Below the pieces are notes generated by a model. It did not search any database. It had not been told where the DNA came from and saw nothing but the letters and a program-made list of their open reading frames with translations. From Corallococcus soli (lineage in GTDB: Bacteria > Myxococcota > Myxococcia > Myxococcales > Myxococcaceae), in NCBI RefSeq assembly GCF_014930455.1, contig NZ_JAAIYO010000008.1:32367-96366 (forward strand): 64,000 bases of DNA. The letters are read 5' to 3'. The translations under genes and the position numbers were made by a program. This document shows positions 45,919 through 55,524 of this stretch, piece after piece (position 1 is the first letter of the stretch; every line of letters begins with the position of its first letter).

Positions 45919-48603
45919 ATGAACCGCCTCCTCCTGTTGCTCGTCATCGCGGTGACCGTCCGCTGTGCCCATTCGCCGGAGGTCGCGACGCAGGCCGTCG
46001 CGCCCGCCGCCGTCGCGTGGCCGGAGCCCCAGCCGCCCGCGCTGCGGCTGCCGGACACGGTGCGTCCGCTCCGCTATGCGTTGGACCTGAAGCTGCTGCC
46101 CACGGAGGCCACCTATCCAGGCAGCGTCAGCATCGACGTGGAGGTGCTCAAGCCGGTGCGTCAGGTGTGGCTGCATGGCCAGGACCTGGAGGTGAAGCGC
46201 GCCACGGTGACGGTGGGAGGCCGCACCTTCGACGCGAAGCCTGTCTCCGAAAGCGAGGGGCGCCTGGGATTGCTGCTGCCGGAGGAGCTGCCCGTGGGCA
46301 CGGCGACGCTCACCCTGGACTTCAACGGCAAGGTGGACCGCGAGCGCAGCCAGGGCCTCTATGGACAGGCGGAGGGCGGCGAGTCCTACCTCTACACGTT
46401 CTTCGAGCCCATCGACGCGCGGCGCGCCTTCCCGTGCTTCGACGAGCCGACCTTCAAGGTGCCCTGGCGGCTGCGCTTGACGGTGAAGGCGGGGCACGTG
46501 GCCCTGGCCAACCACCCGGAGGTCTCGCGGGAGCCCCTGGCGGACGGGCTGGAGCGCGTCACGTTCGCGCAGAGCAAGCCCATGCCCAGCTACCTCGTGG
46601 CCTTCATCGTGGGGCCGTTCGACGTGGTGGAGGCGGGCACCGTGGGCCGCGCCAGCGTGCCCCTGCGCTTCATCGTGCCGAAGGGGCGGGGAGGGGAGAC
46701 GCGCTACGCCGCCAGCGTCACGCCGCGCATCGTGAAGGGCCTGGAGGACTTCTTCGACCAGACGTATCCCTACGAGAAGCTGGATGTGGCGGTGGTGCCC
46801 CGCTACTGGGGCACGATGGAGCACCCGGGGCTCGTGGCGCTCGGGCAGCCGCTGACCCTCATCCCCCCGGCAGAGGAGACGCTGGCCCGGCGCAAGCACT
46901 ATGCGGTCATCGCCAATCACGAGCTGGGGCACTACTGGTTCAGCGCCGTCGTCACCAACGCCTGGTGGAATGACATCTGGCTGAACGAGTCCTTCACGGC
47001 GTGGCTGGACCGGCAGACGGTGGAGCGGCTGGAGCCGTCGTGGGACTACCAGCAGGAGCGGGCCATGTATGCGACGCGCTCGGCGCTGTCGTCGGATGCG
47101 TTGGAGGCCGCGTTGCCGGTGCGCAAGCCGGTGGCGAGCAACGACGACATCGTGGGCTCGTTCGACAATGGGACGACGTATGACAAGGGCTCCTCCGTCA
47201 TCGCCATGTTCGAGGCGTGGCTGGGCGCGGAGCGCTTCCGCGATGTGATGCGAGGCTATGTCCGCAAGCACGCGTGGGGCGTGGCGACGACGGAGGACTT
47301 CCTGGCGGAGGTGTCCCAGGCGGCGGGGCCGGAGGTGGCGAACTCCTTCAAGGGCTTCCTCGAAAAGGGCGGGGCGCCCCGGGTGTCCGCGCGGGTGACG
47401 TGCCCGGCGGGGGGCGCGCCGACGGTGAAGCTGTCGCAGGAGCGCTACCTGCCCGCGGGCTCCCGGGCGAACGCGCGGCAGGAGTGGCAGGTGCCTGTCT
47501 GTCTTCTCGCGGGGACGGGGACGAAGTCGTCCCGGGTGTGCTCGATGCTGAAGGGCCCCACGGCGGAGGTGGCGCTGCCCACGAAGCAGTGCCCGGCGTG
47601 GGTGCTGCTCAACGCGGGGGGCACGGGCTACTACCGTGGCGGCTACACGCGCGAACAGCTCACGGCGCTGCTGGCGACTCCGCCTTCGGCCTTCACGACG
47701 GGGGAGCAGGTGGCCCTCTGGGCGGACGTGGACGCGGCGGTGGAGCGCGGGGACCTGCCGCTCGGGGAGGCCTTGAAGGCCGTTCCGGCCTCGGCGCGTT
47801 CACCGGAGCGGCTGGTGGTGGAGAGCGGGGCCGCGCTGCTCTCGCAGGTGCGGTTGGACAGGCTCTCCACGGAGGAGCGCAAGCGCTTTCGCGCCTGGGT
47901 GGCGTCGCTCTACGCACCGCGCGCGCGGGCCCTGGGCTGGGTGTCGAAGGCCGGCGATGACGATGGCGTGAAGCAATCCCGGTCGCTGTTCCTGCGGCTC
48001 GCCGCCGGGCTGGGCGAGGACCCGGCGCTGGTGAAGGACGCCGGGCCGCTGGTGCGCGCGTGGCTCGCGGACCGCAAGTCCGTGGACCCGGAGGCGCTGA
48101 GCAGCGCACTGCCCCGCGCGGCGGCGCATGGCGACGCGGACCTGTTCAACGCGTTGCTGGAGGCGGCGAAGAAGGAGCAGGACCGCAACGAACGTGCCCG
48201 GCTGTTGTCGGCGCTGGGCTACTTCCGGACGCCGGAGCTGACGCGGCGGGCGCTGGAACTGGTGGTGGGGCCGGACTTCGACACGCGGGATGCGCTGATC
48301 ATCCTCAAGACGTCGCTGAACATGCCGGAGACGCAGGCCCTGGCCTGGGAGTTCTACCGCGCGCGGTTCGACGTGCTCACCCAGCGCCTGCGCTCGGATG
48401 AGCAGGGCGGGCTCATCAACCAGGTGGGCAATCTCTGTGATGAGCGCCAGCTCGCGGAGGCGGAGTCCTTCCTCACGCCCCGGGTGACGCGCGTGGAGGG
48501 AGGACCGCGCGCGCTGGCCCGGGCGGTGGAGTCCATCCGGCTGTGCATCGAATCCGCGAAGCTCCAGCAGCAGAGCGTCCGGGACTTCCTCCGGGCCCGG
48601 TGA
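45919..48603 (+). CDS. pepN: aminopeptidase N (M1 family), secreted
   Basis: The signal peptide is MNRLLLLLVIAVTVRCAHS. The exopeptidase motif is WGTMEHPG (GxMEN variant). The zinc motif is HELGHYWF...WLNESF (HExxH-x18-E). The ERAP/M1 C-terminal helical domain is present. Confidence 0.85.
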   Translation: MNRLLLLLVIAVTVRCAHSPEVATQAVAPAAVAWPEPQPPALRLPDTVRPLRYALDLKLLPTEATYPGSVSIDVEVLKPVRQVWLHGQDLEVKRATVTVGGRTFDAKPVSESEGRLGLLLPEELPVGTATLTLDFNGKVDRERSQGLYGQAEGGESYLYTFFEPIDARRAFPCFDEPTFKVPWRLRLTVKAGHVALANHPEVSREPLADGLERVTFAQSKPMPSYLVAFIVGPFDVVEAGTVGRASVPLRFIVPKGRGGETRYAASVTPRIVKGLEDFFDQTYPYEKLDVAVVPRYWGTMEHPGLVALGQPLTLIPPAEETLARRKHYAVIANHELGHYWFSAVVTNAWWNDIWLNESFTAWLDRQTVERLEPSWDYQQERAMYATRSALSSDALEAALPVRKPVASNDDIVGSFDNGTTYDKGSSVIAMFEAWLGAERFRDVMRGYVRKHAWGVATTEDFLAEVSQAAGPEVANSFKGFLEKGGAPRVSARVTCPAGGAPTVKLSQERYLPAGSRANARQEWQVPVCLLAGTGTKSSRVCSMLKGPTAEVALPTKQCPAWVLLNAGGTGYYRGGYTREQLTALLATPPSAFTTGEQVALWADVDAAVERGDLPLGEALKAVPASARSPERLVVESGAALLSQVRLDRLSTEERKRFRAWVASLYAPRARALGWVSKAGDDDGVKQSRSLFLRLAAGLGEDPALVKDAGPLVRAWLADRKSVDPEALSSALPRAAAHGDADLFNALLEAAKKEQDRNERARLLSALGYFRTPELTRRALELVVGPDFDTRDALIILKTSLNMPETQALAWEFYRARFDVLTQRLRSDEQGGLINQVGNLCDERQLAEAESFLTPRVTRVEGGPRALARAVESIRLCIESAKLQQQSVRDFLRAR

Positions 48604-48739
48604 GACAGATCAACCCAGGGCCCTCACGTTGACAGGTTCCGCGGACGGTGAGGCAGTTACGTGCGGCCACTCCGCTCGCGAAGCTCGCGGCCTGGTTCCG
48701 CCACTGCCTCTCCTTCCTTCAACTCAACTGATCCCGGCG

Positions 48740-49243
48740 TTAGACGCCCAAGGCCACGAGTAGCTCGTCCAACTGATCGAGCGTCTCGCCCATCCCACAG
48801 GTGCTCCCGGAGGCGATGGCGCCGTCGAGAGCTTCCTTCGAGGGATAGAGGTCGTGCACGACGACCCGCGTCTTGCCGCCATTCTCTTCGAAGGTCACCG
48901 TGGTGATGGCCCCCTCAGCACTTTCCTCATTCGTCCAAGCGAGGCGCGAGTGCGGCGTCACTTGGATGTACCTACCGAAGAACGCCATCGGCTGCTCCGA
49001 GGCAGGGTGGCCGAACACGAAGCGGTACGTGCCCCCGACACGAACATCGGCCTCGCAGGAGATGAAGGAAATCCCAAACGACTTCGGTGCCCACCACCGC
49101 TTGAGCAGCTCGGGCTTGGTCCACGCCTCGAAAATGATGCGCGCCGGGCCGTTGACGGCTCGCGTGACGACGAACTCGCGCTCGGATTTCCGTTCCGTCG
49201 TTGTGGCGTTCTTCACGGGTTCACTCTCTCTTCTTGCGTCCAT
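48740..49243 (-). CDS. SRPBCC / AHSA1 (activator of Hsp90 ATPase homologue) domain protein
   Basis: The 167 aa protein has an AHSA1-like fold (EWTKPELLKRWWAP...GGTYRF). It overlaps the upstream ArsR gene by 23 nt, a common ArsR-AHSA1 operon. Confidence 0.75.
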   Translation of the reverse strand: MDARRESEPVKNATTTERKSEREFVVTRAVNGPARIIFEAWTKPELLKRWWAPKSFGISFISCEADVRVGGTYRFVFGHPASEQPMAFFGRYIQVTPHSRLAWTNEESAEGAITTVTFEENGGKTRVVVHDLYPSKEALDGAIASGSTCGMGETLDQLDELLVALGV

Positions 49244-49586
49244 TGACCTTCTCCTTTTGTTTCAGTTCCTCGACAATTTTGTCCAACTCATCGAAGCGTG
49301 AGGCCCAGAGCTGGCGGTACCTCTCGAGCCACGCCGTCTCTTCTTCCAGTTGGAGTGGCCCGAGCTTGCAGGTCCGCACGCGCCCGACCTTCTTGGTGAC
49401 GACGAGCCCGGCCTGCTCCAAGACGCCGACGTGCTTCTTCATGCCCGTGAGGGTCATGTGGAACTTCTCGGCGAGGTCCGTGATCGAAGCGTCTGAACGC
49501 CCGAGCTGCTCCAGGATGCCGCGTCGGGTCGCGTCCGAGAGCGCGGCGAACGAGGCATTGAGGCGGGCCCCTGAATGCTGAACCAT
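49221..49586 (-). CDS. ArsR/SmtB-family transcriptional regulator
   Basis: The HTH is LSDATRRGILEQLGRSDASITDLAEKFHMTLTGMKKHVGVLEQAGLV. Confidence 0.75.
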   Translation of the reverse strand: MVQHSGARLNASFAALSDATRRGILEQLGRSDASITDLAEKFHMTLTGMKKHVGVLEQAGLVVTKKVGRVRTCKLGPLQLEEETAWLERYRQLWASRFDELDKIVEELKQKEKVNGRKKRE

Positions 49587-49844
49587 GTGGTGCAGTATTG
49601 TCGCGCGATTTGGCGCGATCGTCGAGGCTTGATCTTCTCTGGGGACAGGAGACGTCGTGCCGTGGCCCCAAGGCGGCGGCGCCTTCTCGCCCATTCGGGG
49701 CAAGGTGGCCCCCGTGCTCAAGCGGCTGGTGGCTCAGAAGCCGGACGCGACGGTACGCGAGCTTCCAACAAGGTTCGACGGCGCATGGAATTCCTTCCAG
49801 CCGGCTGGCCTTGGATCACTCAGCTTCCGTGACCCGTGGGCGAA

Positions 49845-50273
49845 TCAGGGCCCGTAGGGACACATCTTCAGCATCTCCGCGATGGGCGGACGGCAAAGCT
49901 GGACGAGCTGTGACTCATCCAGGAATGAGGACGTCCGTGCCTTGAGAAAGCATGACGCGGGATCATCCGACGGCATGGCGTACTGACAGAGCTGGAGCGC
50001 CTGGGGATCCGACAGGAAGCCTCCGGCCTGGACGCGGCGGAAACATTGCGCCGGTGCGTCGGAGCGGGCGCCCTGGCAGAGCTGGGCCGCCAGGGTTTCG
50101 CTCACCGCGCCGCCTCCCGCGCGGGTCGCCTCGAAGCAGGAATACTGCGGCGACCCTTCGAGGGGCTCCCTTGTCTGTCCCCGTGCGGGAAATCCAAGCA
50201 ACAGGGCAGCCAGCCCCAAGGCTCCTGTTCCCTGCAATAGGAGCCGTGCATTCCAGAACCCACTCTTCATCAT
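49845..50273 (-). CDS. secreted protein with three about 30-aa Cys-pair repeats
   Basis: A signal peptide is present. The repeats are ETLAAQLCQGARSDAPAQCF, DPQALQLCQYAMPSDDPASCF and DESQLVQLCRPPIAEMLKMC. Confidence 0.5.
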   Translation of the reverse strand: MMKSGFWNARLLLQGTGALGLAALLLGFPARGQTREPLEGSPQYSCFEATRAGGGAVSETLAAQLCQGARSDAPAQCFRRVQAGGFLSDPQALQLCQYAMPSDDPASCFLKARTSSFLDESQLVQLCRPPIAEMLKMCPYGP

Positions 50274-50385
50274 GCACCCCTGAAAGAAGGTGGGGAGTCA
50301 TTGCCGGCATGTGACTGGAGGGGCGGTCACACGCGGGGACGTTCGGGAGAAGGGGCTTTCGGGAGCCTGGCGTCCGCGCCCCGGC

Positions 50386-50730
50386 TCAGCCGTGCACGGT
50401 GCGACTGTCGGCGGGCACGGCTGCCCGGTCCTTCATGCCGTAGTCCCTCACGACCTGGGCCACTCGCAGGCGGTAGTCGCAGAACACGCGCTCTCTCCCT
50501 TCGTCCTGGGCGCCCCGGTGGGCTTCCTGGCGTCGCCATTCCGCCACGGCGGCCTCGTCGCGCCAGTACGACAGCGACAGCAACTTGCCCGGCTCCGCGA
50601 GGCTCTGGAACCGCTCGATGGAGATGAAACCATCGATGTCCGCCAAGAGGGGCCGCAACGTCGCGGCGAGATCCAGATACCGCTGACGGTGCTCTTCGTG
50701 GGGCTGGACTTCGAAGATGACGGCGATCAT
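50386..50730 (-). CDS. antibiotic biosynthesis monooxygenase (ABM) domain protein
   Basis: The 114 aa protein has the ferredoxin-like ABM fold (MIAVIFEVQP...FISIERFQS...LSYWRDEAA). Its ATG overlaps the P450 stop (ATGA). Confidence 0.7.
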   Translation of the reverse strand: MIAVIFEVQPHEEHRQRYLDLAATLRPLLADIDGFISIERFQSLAEPGKLLSLSYWRDEAAVAEWRRQEAHRGAQDEGRERVFCDYRLRVAQVVRDYGMKDRAAVPADSRTVHG

Positions 50731-51872
50731 GAAAAACCTCCCAGGATGCGAGCGTTGGTGGACGGACGCCAGGTGACGGAGCGTGACAGCGGGGTGAGGT
50801 CCAGGTCGCTCGCGAGCACCTGCTCCACCGCCGCGGTGGCCATCGTCACCGCGAGCGTCTGCCCCGGACATGCATGGGCTCCCGCTCCGAAGGTGAAGGT
50901 CCGTCGGTCGTGGCGATGCGGGAGGAAGCGCTCGGGCTGGGGGTTCACCCGGGGATCGCGGTTCGCGGCCGCGAGCACGACGACCACGGTCGCGCCCGCC
51001 TCCAGCTCCTGCTCCCCCAGCGTCGCGCGCGCATGCAGGAAGCGTCGGGTGTTCTGGACCGGAGCGTCGTGACGGGCGGCCTCGCGGATGATGTCCTCCA
51101 GGGTGCATTCGCCCCGGGCCACCTCCTCCCGCAACTGGGGCATCCGCGCGATGGCGAGCAGTGACGCGCCGACAAGGCCCGCGGTGGCCTCGTATGCTTG
51201 TGTGAGCAGCCCCACGGTGTTGGGAATCAGCGCCTCCTCGGGCGCTCCGCCGTGTCGCAGCCTCGCCGCGAAGGCCGCCAACACGTCGGGGAGGCGAGGG
51301 CTTGAGTGGAGGCGCGCGGTCATGCGTTCGACCAGACGTGCGGCCCCCGCGGCGCCTTCCGGGCTTGATGCCGGATGGGCAACGGAGCGGACATAGGCCT
51401 CCACGTCCCGCACGCTCTCCTCCAGGGACGTCTCGGGAAGGCCGAGGAGGGACCCGAGCACGAACACGGGGAACTGGAGCGCCGTCTCTGGCAGGCGTGA
51501 CAGCCGAAGCCCTGAAAAGAGCCGTGCCGCCTGGAGGCGGCTTGCCACGTGCACTGTCTTCACCAGCAAGGGGAGCGTGTCGGACAGCGCCTGCTTCACG
51601 AGGGGGTAGGGCGCCGCATCGTTCATCCGCACGAGCCGCCCGAAGAGCGCCCCCGCGGCGGAGCCCACCAGGTGCGATGGGACGGGCTCCGCCTGGGGCC
51701 GCACCCGAAGCTGCCCATGGGCGAGGACGGCCTGCACCGTGGCGGCATCCGCCGCCACCCACGGCTCGAACCCCGGGATGCGTTGCAGGCCTCCCCGCGC
51801 GCACAGGCCGGCGTAGTACGGGTAGGGGTCCGGGTGGGTGACGGCCTGATACGGGTCGGTGGGCGGTGTCAT
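50727..51872 (-). CDS. cytochrome P450
   Basis: The heme-binding loop is FGAGAHACPG. The K-helix ExxR is ARHDAPVQNTRR. The I-helix has a conserved Thr region. Confidence 0.85.
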   Translation of the reverse strand: MTPPTDPYQAVTHPDPYPYYAGLCARGGLQRIPGFEPWVAADAATVQAVLAHGQLRVRPQAEPVPSHLVGSAAGALFGRLVRMNDAAPYPLVKQALSDTLPLLVKTVHVASRLQAARLFSGLRLSRLPETALQFPVFVLGSLLGLPETSLEESVRDVEAYVRSVAHPASSPEGAAGAARLVERMTARLHSSPRLPDVLAAFAARLRHGGAPEEALIPNTVGLLTQAYEATAGLVGASLLAIARMPQLREEVARGECTLEDIIREAARHDAPVQNTRRFLHARATLGEQELEAGATVVVVLAAANRDPRVNPQPERFLPHRHDRRTFTFGAGAHACPGQTLAVTMATAAVEQVLASDLDLTPLSRSVTWRPSTNARILGGFS

Positions 51873-51934
51873 CGTTCCTCGCTCCGGGCACTCTCCTCCT
51901 CCAGGCCCCCGCCTGTGCTAGGAAATGGTTCGTC

Positions 51935-52621
51935 ATGGAGCGAACGGTGGATGCAGGACCGGACCTCGCCACACTGGCGGGCGCGGTGGGGGATGCCACG
52001 CGGATCCGCATGCTGGAGTTGCTCATGGAGGGCCGGTCGCTCGTCGCCAAGGAGCTGGCCTTCGGCACGGGCGTCAGCCCCGCGACGGCCACGGTGCACC
52101 TCAAGCGCCTGGAGCAGGCCCGGTTGATCCGCTCCACCCGCCAGGGACGCAACAAGGTGTTCCGGCTCGCCACGCCCACCGTCGCGCGCATGGTGGAGGC
52201 GCTGATGACGGTGGCGGTGCGGGGACCCCGCGCCTCGGCCACACCCGAGCCCCTCCGGGCCGCCCGCTACTGCTACGACCACCTGGCGGGAAGGCTTGGC
52301 ATGGGCATCACCGATGCGCTCGTGCGCGACGGGCACCTCGCCCTCCGGCGCCGTGCCTTCGCGCTGACGCCGAGCGGTGAGGGTTGGTTCGAGGCCTTCG
52401 GCATCGAGCTGGCCCCCTTGCGGGACCAGCGTCGCCAGTTCGCGCACCGCTGCCTCGACTGGAGCGAGCGGCGCGACCACCTCGCCGGAGCGCTGGGGGC
52501 CGCGCTCGCCTCACGCGTGTTCTCGCTGGGCTGGGTCGAACGTCAACCCGACTCGCGCGGGCTCCGGGTCACGCCCTCGGGCCAGCGCGGCCTGCGCCGT
52601 CACTTCGGCATCACGCCCTAG
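51935..52621 (+). CDS. ArsR-type winged-helix regulator with C-terminal extension
   Basis: The HTH is DATRIRMLELLMEGRSLVAKELAFGTGVSPATATVHLKRLEQARLI. It is divergent from the P450-ABM operon. Confidence 0.65.
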   Translation: MERTVDAGPDLATLAGAVGDATRIRMLELLMEGRSLVAKELAFGTGVSPATATVHLKRLEQARLIRSTRQGRNKVFRLATPTVARMVEALMTVAVRGPRASATPEPLRAARYCYDHLAGRLGMGITDALVRDGHLALRRRAFALTPSGEGWFEAFGIELAPLRDQRRQFAHRCLDWSERRDHLAGALGAALASRVFSLGWVERQPDSRGLRVTPSGQRGLRRHFGITP

Positions 52622-53394
52622 AGCTTCACGCCCACGGTGGTGCGCAGCTGCGTGTCCAGGGCCGGCACCGTCGCGGGCGGCGCGCTGTCGTAGGTGATGT
52701 TGAAGCCGATGCCCACCGTGACGCGGGGGTTGGGCGTCACCGCGAACAGGGTCTCGTTGAGCACGCGCAGGTCGGACGGGCGGGTGACGCGCGGCTGGAA
52801 GTACACCGTCTCCACGAGCTGGATGTTCTCCATCAGCTTCACCCGGCCCAGCAGGTAGCTGGACATGCGCGGATCCGTGTAGCGGTCTCCCGCGTCCGCC
52901 TCGCCGTCCTTGCGCAGCCGCTCGTGCTCCACCATCAGCGCGACGCCGAACGTGAGCCCCGTGGCGTCCTCGTTGAACAGCACGAAGCGTGGGCCGGCGC
53001 CCAGGAGGGCTCGCAGCTGGAGCCGACGGAACTCGTTGTACTCGTGCTGGAGGAACACCTCGCCGGACACGCGGTCGGTGAAGCGCCGGCGGTAGCGGAC
53101 GTGCTCCAGCACCTGGCTCACGATGCGCTCGCCGCTGGCGAACGAGTACTCACCCCGGATGACCCCCAGCCACAGGTTGCGCTCGGAGCGCAGCTGCCCC
53201 ACCAGCGAGCCGCGCACGGAGAAGAGCTCCGTGCTGCCCGTGCGCCAGTCCCCCCCCAGCTCGATCGCGGCGGCGGGCCCCGGCTCCGCCTTCTCGTCGA
53301 AGAGCGCCTGCACATTGACGATCTGCGCTGACGCGCTGCCCGCCTGGAGCAACACCGCCAGCACCACCCACCCGTAGCGTTTCGAAGAACCCAT
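52618..53394 (-). CDS. DUF481-like outer-membrane beta-barrel protein
   Basis: A signal peptide is followed by alternating amphipathic beta strands, ending in an aromatic/hydrophobic TVGVKL C-terminus. The assignment to DUF481 is from memory. Confidence 0.55.
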   Translation of the reverse strand: MGSSKRYGWVVLAVLLQAGSASAQIVNVQALFDEKAEPGPAAAIELGGDWRTGSTELFSVRGSLVGQLRSERNLWLGVIRGEYSFASGERIVSQVLEHVRYRRRFTDRVSGEVFLQHEYNEFRRLQLRALLGAGPRFVLFNEDATGLTFGVALMVEHERLRKDGEADAGDRYTDPRMSSYLLGRVKLMENIQLVETVYFQPRVTRPSDLRVLNETLFAVTPNPRVTVGIGFNITYDSAPPATVPALDTQLRTTVGVKL

Positions 53395-53653
53395 GCCCTC
53401 CTGCTGTGCCTGCTCGGGCGCTCCTGTTCAACCCCGTTGTGCATGAGCGTGCGAGGGACCTTCAGTGCCCGACGGTGAAGGTCCCTGGGACAGCACGTCC
53501 GTGCCCACGCCGGGCCGGTGTGCCAGCGACAGTCACTTGATGGGGCCGGTGCCCACCGCCAGCTTTCCCATTGGGACGGCTTCGTCCCGCTTCGACTTGA
53601 GGGGGCTGCCCGACAGGCCATGCGCCAGCCGGACAGCCCCCAGGGAGGACGTC

Positions 53654-54352
53654 ATGGCAACCGAGAAAGTGAACGCAGGGGGACTGGGAGCCTCATCCAC
53701 CACACCGGCGGTGAACAAGGAGCCGGAGTCGTCCAGGCAGGGGGAGAGCCAGAAGGACGTGACCACACGTCAGGAGACCTCCAGGGGTTCGGGCATCTCG
53801 CGCCGTGAAAGCCAGGTTCCAGCCTTCCAGCGCGGCGGGGCCATCCAGAGCCCGTTCGGTCTGATGCGCCGCATGATGGAGGACATGGATCAGCTCTTCA
53901 TGGACTTCGGTCCGGGACGCGGCTTCCCCTCCATGGGGGGCCTGCTCCGGAGCGGCGGAGACGTTGAAGCCGTGCCCTGGTCGCCGCAGGTGGACGTGCT
54001 GGAGCAGGACGGCAACCTCGTGGTGCGGGCCGACCTGCCGGGAATGAAGCAGGAGGACATCCGCGTCGAGGTGCTGGAGGACCTGCTCATCCTCGAAGGC
54101 GAGCGGAACTTCGAGCACGAGGAGGAGCGCGGCGGCATCTGGCGGCTGGAGCGCGGCTCCGGCTCATTCCAGCGAGCCATTCCGCTCCCGGAAGGCATCG
54201 ACACGGACAACGCCCAGGCCCGGTTCGAGAACGGCGTCCTGGAGGTCACCATGAAGCTGCCGCAAACGAAGTCCCAGGGCCGCCGCATCGAGGTGAAGGG
54301 CGGCGCCGGTGAGAAGGCCGCCACGGGCACCCCGAAGAAGCCCATCCACTGA
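53654..54352 (+). CDS. Hsp20/alpha-crystallin small heat-shock protein with long N-terminal extension
   Basis: The ACD core is PQVDVLEQDGNLVVRADLPGMKQEDIRVEV...GSFQRAIPLPEGIDTDNAQARFENGVLEVTM. A GGAGG RBS precedes ATG 53654. Confidence 0.8.
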   Translation: MATEKVNAGGLGASSTTPAVNKEPESSRQGESQKDVTTRQETSRGSGISRRESQVPAFQRGGAIQSPFGLMRRMMEDMDQLFMDFGPGRGFPSMGGLLRSGGDVEAVPWSPQVDVLEQDGNLVVRADLPGMKQEDIRVEVLEDLLILEGERNFEHEEERGGIWRLERGSGSFQRAIPLPEGIDTDNAQARFENGVLEVTMKLPQTKSQGRRIEVKGGAGEKAATGTPKKPIH

Positions 54353-54456
54353 CGGACCTCTCGCTCGCTGTTCAAAGGCAGACTCCGGTGCTTGACGGTG
54401 GCTGAAGGGCGGAGCATGGCTGTGCCCTTCAGCCACCCCTTTGTCCGGAGTCCTCC

Positions 54457-55344
54457 ATGCAGGTTCGGATCATCGACGCGTTCACCCGGAGCCCCGGCGC
54501 GGGCAACCGGGCGGGCGTGATGCTCGACGCGTCCTCGCTCGATGCGCCCACGATGCAGCGGATCGCCGCGGTGGTGGGCGCCTCCGAGACCGCCTTCGTC
54601 CTGTCCCGGCCGGAGGCCCCGGCGGTGCGCCTGCGCTACTTCACGCCCGTGGATGAGATTCCCTTCTGTGGCCACGCCACCGTCGCCACCTTCCACCTGC
54701 TCGCGGAGAAGGGACTCCTGCGAAGCCCGGGCACCTACCGCCTGGAGTGCCCCGCCGGCACGTTCGACGTCGAGCTGGAGTCGCGGGGCGCGCAGGGGAC
54801 GCAGGTCTGGATCGCCACGCCCCAACCGGAGACGCAGCAAAGCCCCGTGACGCTGGACGCGCTGATGCCCACGCTGGGCGGCAGGGTGGAGCAGGTGGAT
54901 CCGGCGCTGCCGGTGATCCGCCAGGGGCATCGCCTGGTGGTTCCCTTGAAGCGGCGGGAGGACCTGGAGTCGCTGGCCCCGCGAGGCGCGGTGATGAATG
55001 CCCTGCTGATGCCGCACGGTGTGCGGGGCGTGTACCTCTTCACGCTGGACGCGAAGGAGCAGGGCAGCGTGGCGCAGGCGCGCTACTTCGTCCCGGGCTT
55101 CGGCATCCTGGAGGATCCGGTGACGGGCTCCGCCGCGGGCCCGCTCGCGGCCTGGCTCGCCGAGCATGGCGTCCTGCGCCTGCCGGAGCAGGGCGGCACG
55201 GTGAGCGGTCGCATCGAACAGGGAGACACCCTGGGCAAGCCGGGCCGCATCGACATCGAAGTCACCGGCAGGCCGGGCCACATCGAGCGGGCCCGTGTCG
55301 GCGGCGTGGCCCTCACCGTGATGGACGCCACGATCGTCGCGTAG
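54457..55344 (+). CDS. PhzF-family isomerase
   Basis: The N-terminus is VRIIDAFT...GNRAGV. The family-typical ETAFV and FCGHATVA segments are present. The C-terminal half is duplicated. Confidence 0.8.
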   Translation: MQVRIIDAFTRSPGAGNRAGVMLDASSLDAPTMQRIAAVVGASETAFVLSRPEAPAVRLRYFTPVDEIPFCGHATVATFHLLAEKGLLRSPGTYRLECPAGTFDVELESRGAQGTQVWIATPQPETQQSPVTLDALMPTLGGRVEQVDPALPVIRQGHRLVVPLKRREDLESLAPRGAVMNALLMPHGVRGVYLFTLDAKEQGSVAQARYFVPGFGILEDPVTGSAAGPLAAWLAEHGVLRLPEQGGTVSGRIEQGDTLGKPGRIDIEVTGRPGHIERARVGGVALTVMDATIVA

Positions 55345-55524
55345 GGCGGAGGTCGGGCGCGCCAGCAAGCCATCGCTGGCATCCTGTCAGGGGTGAAGGC
55401 GACACGGGCCGATCCACGCCGGTCCAGGTGAAGGGATTGGGGAACTGACGTACCGCCGGGCGCCTGTGGAAGACAGGCGCCCGGCCTGTCGAAGGCTTCA
55501 ATCAGCCATCACACGAGCCCAGGG

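Noticed and set aside
50731-52242. Upstream 500 codons of ORF 50386-52242 (minus)
   Set aside because: Only the last 114 codons (ABM monooxygenase) are real. The rest is out-of-frame overlap with the P450 gene, whose translation has the canonical heme loop.
52618-52621. Shared CTAG used as stop codon by both convergent genes (ArsR-type regulator and DUF481-like)
   Set aside because: This is a coincidental 4-nt overlap of convergent stops, without functional implication.
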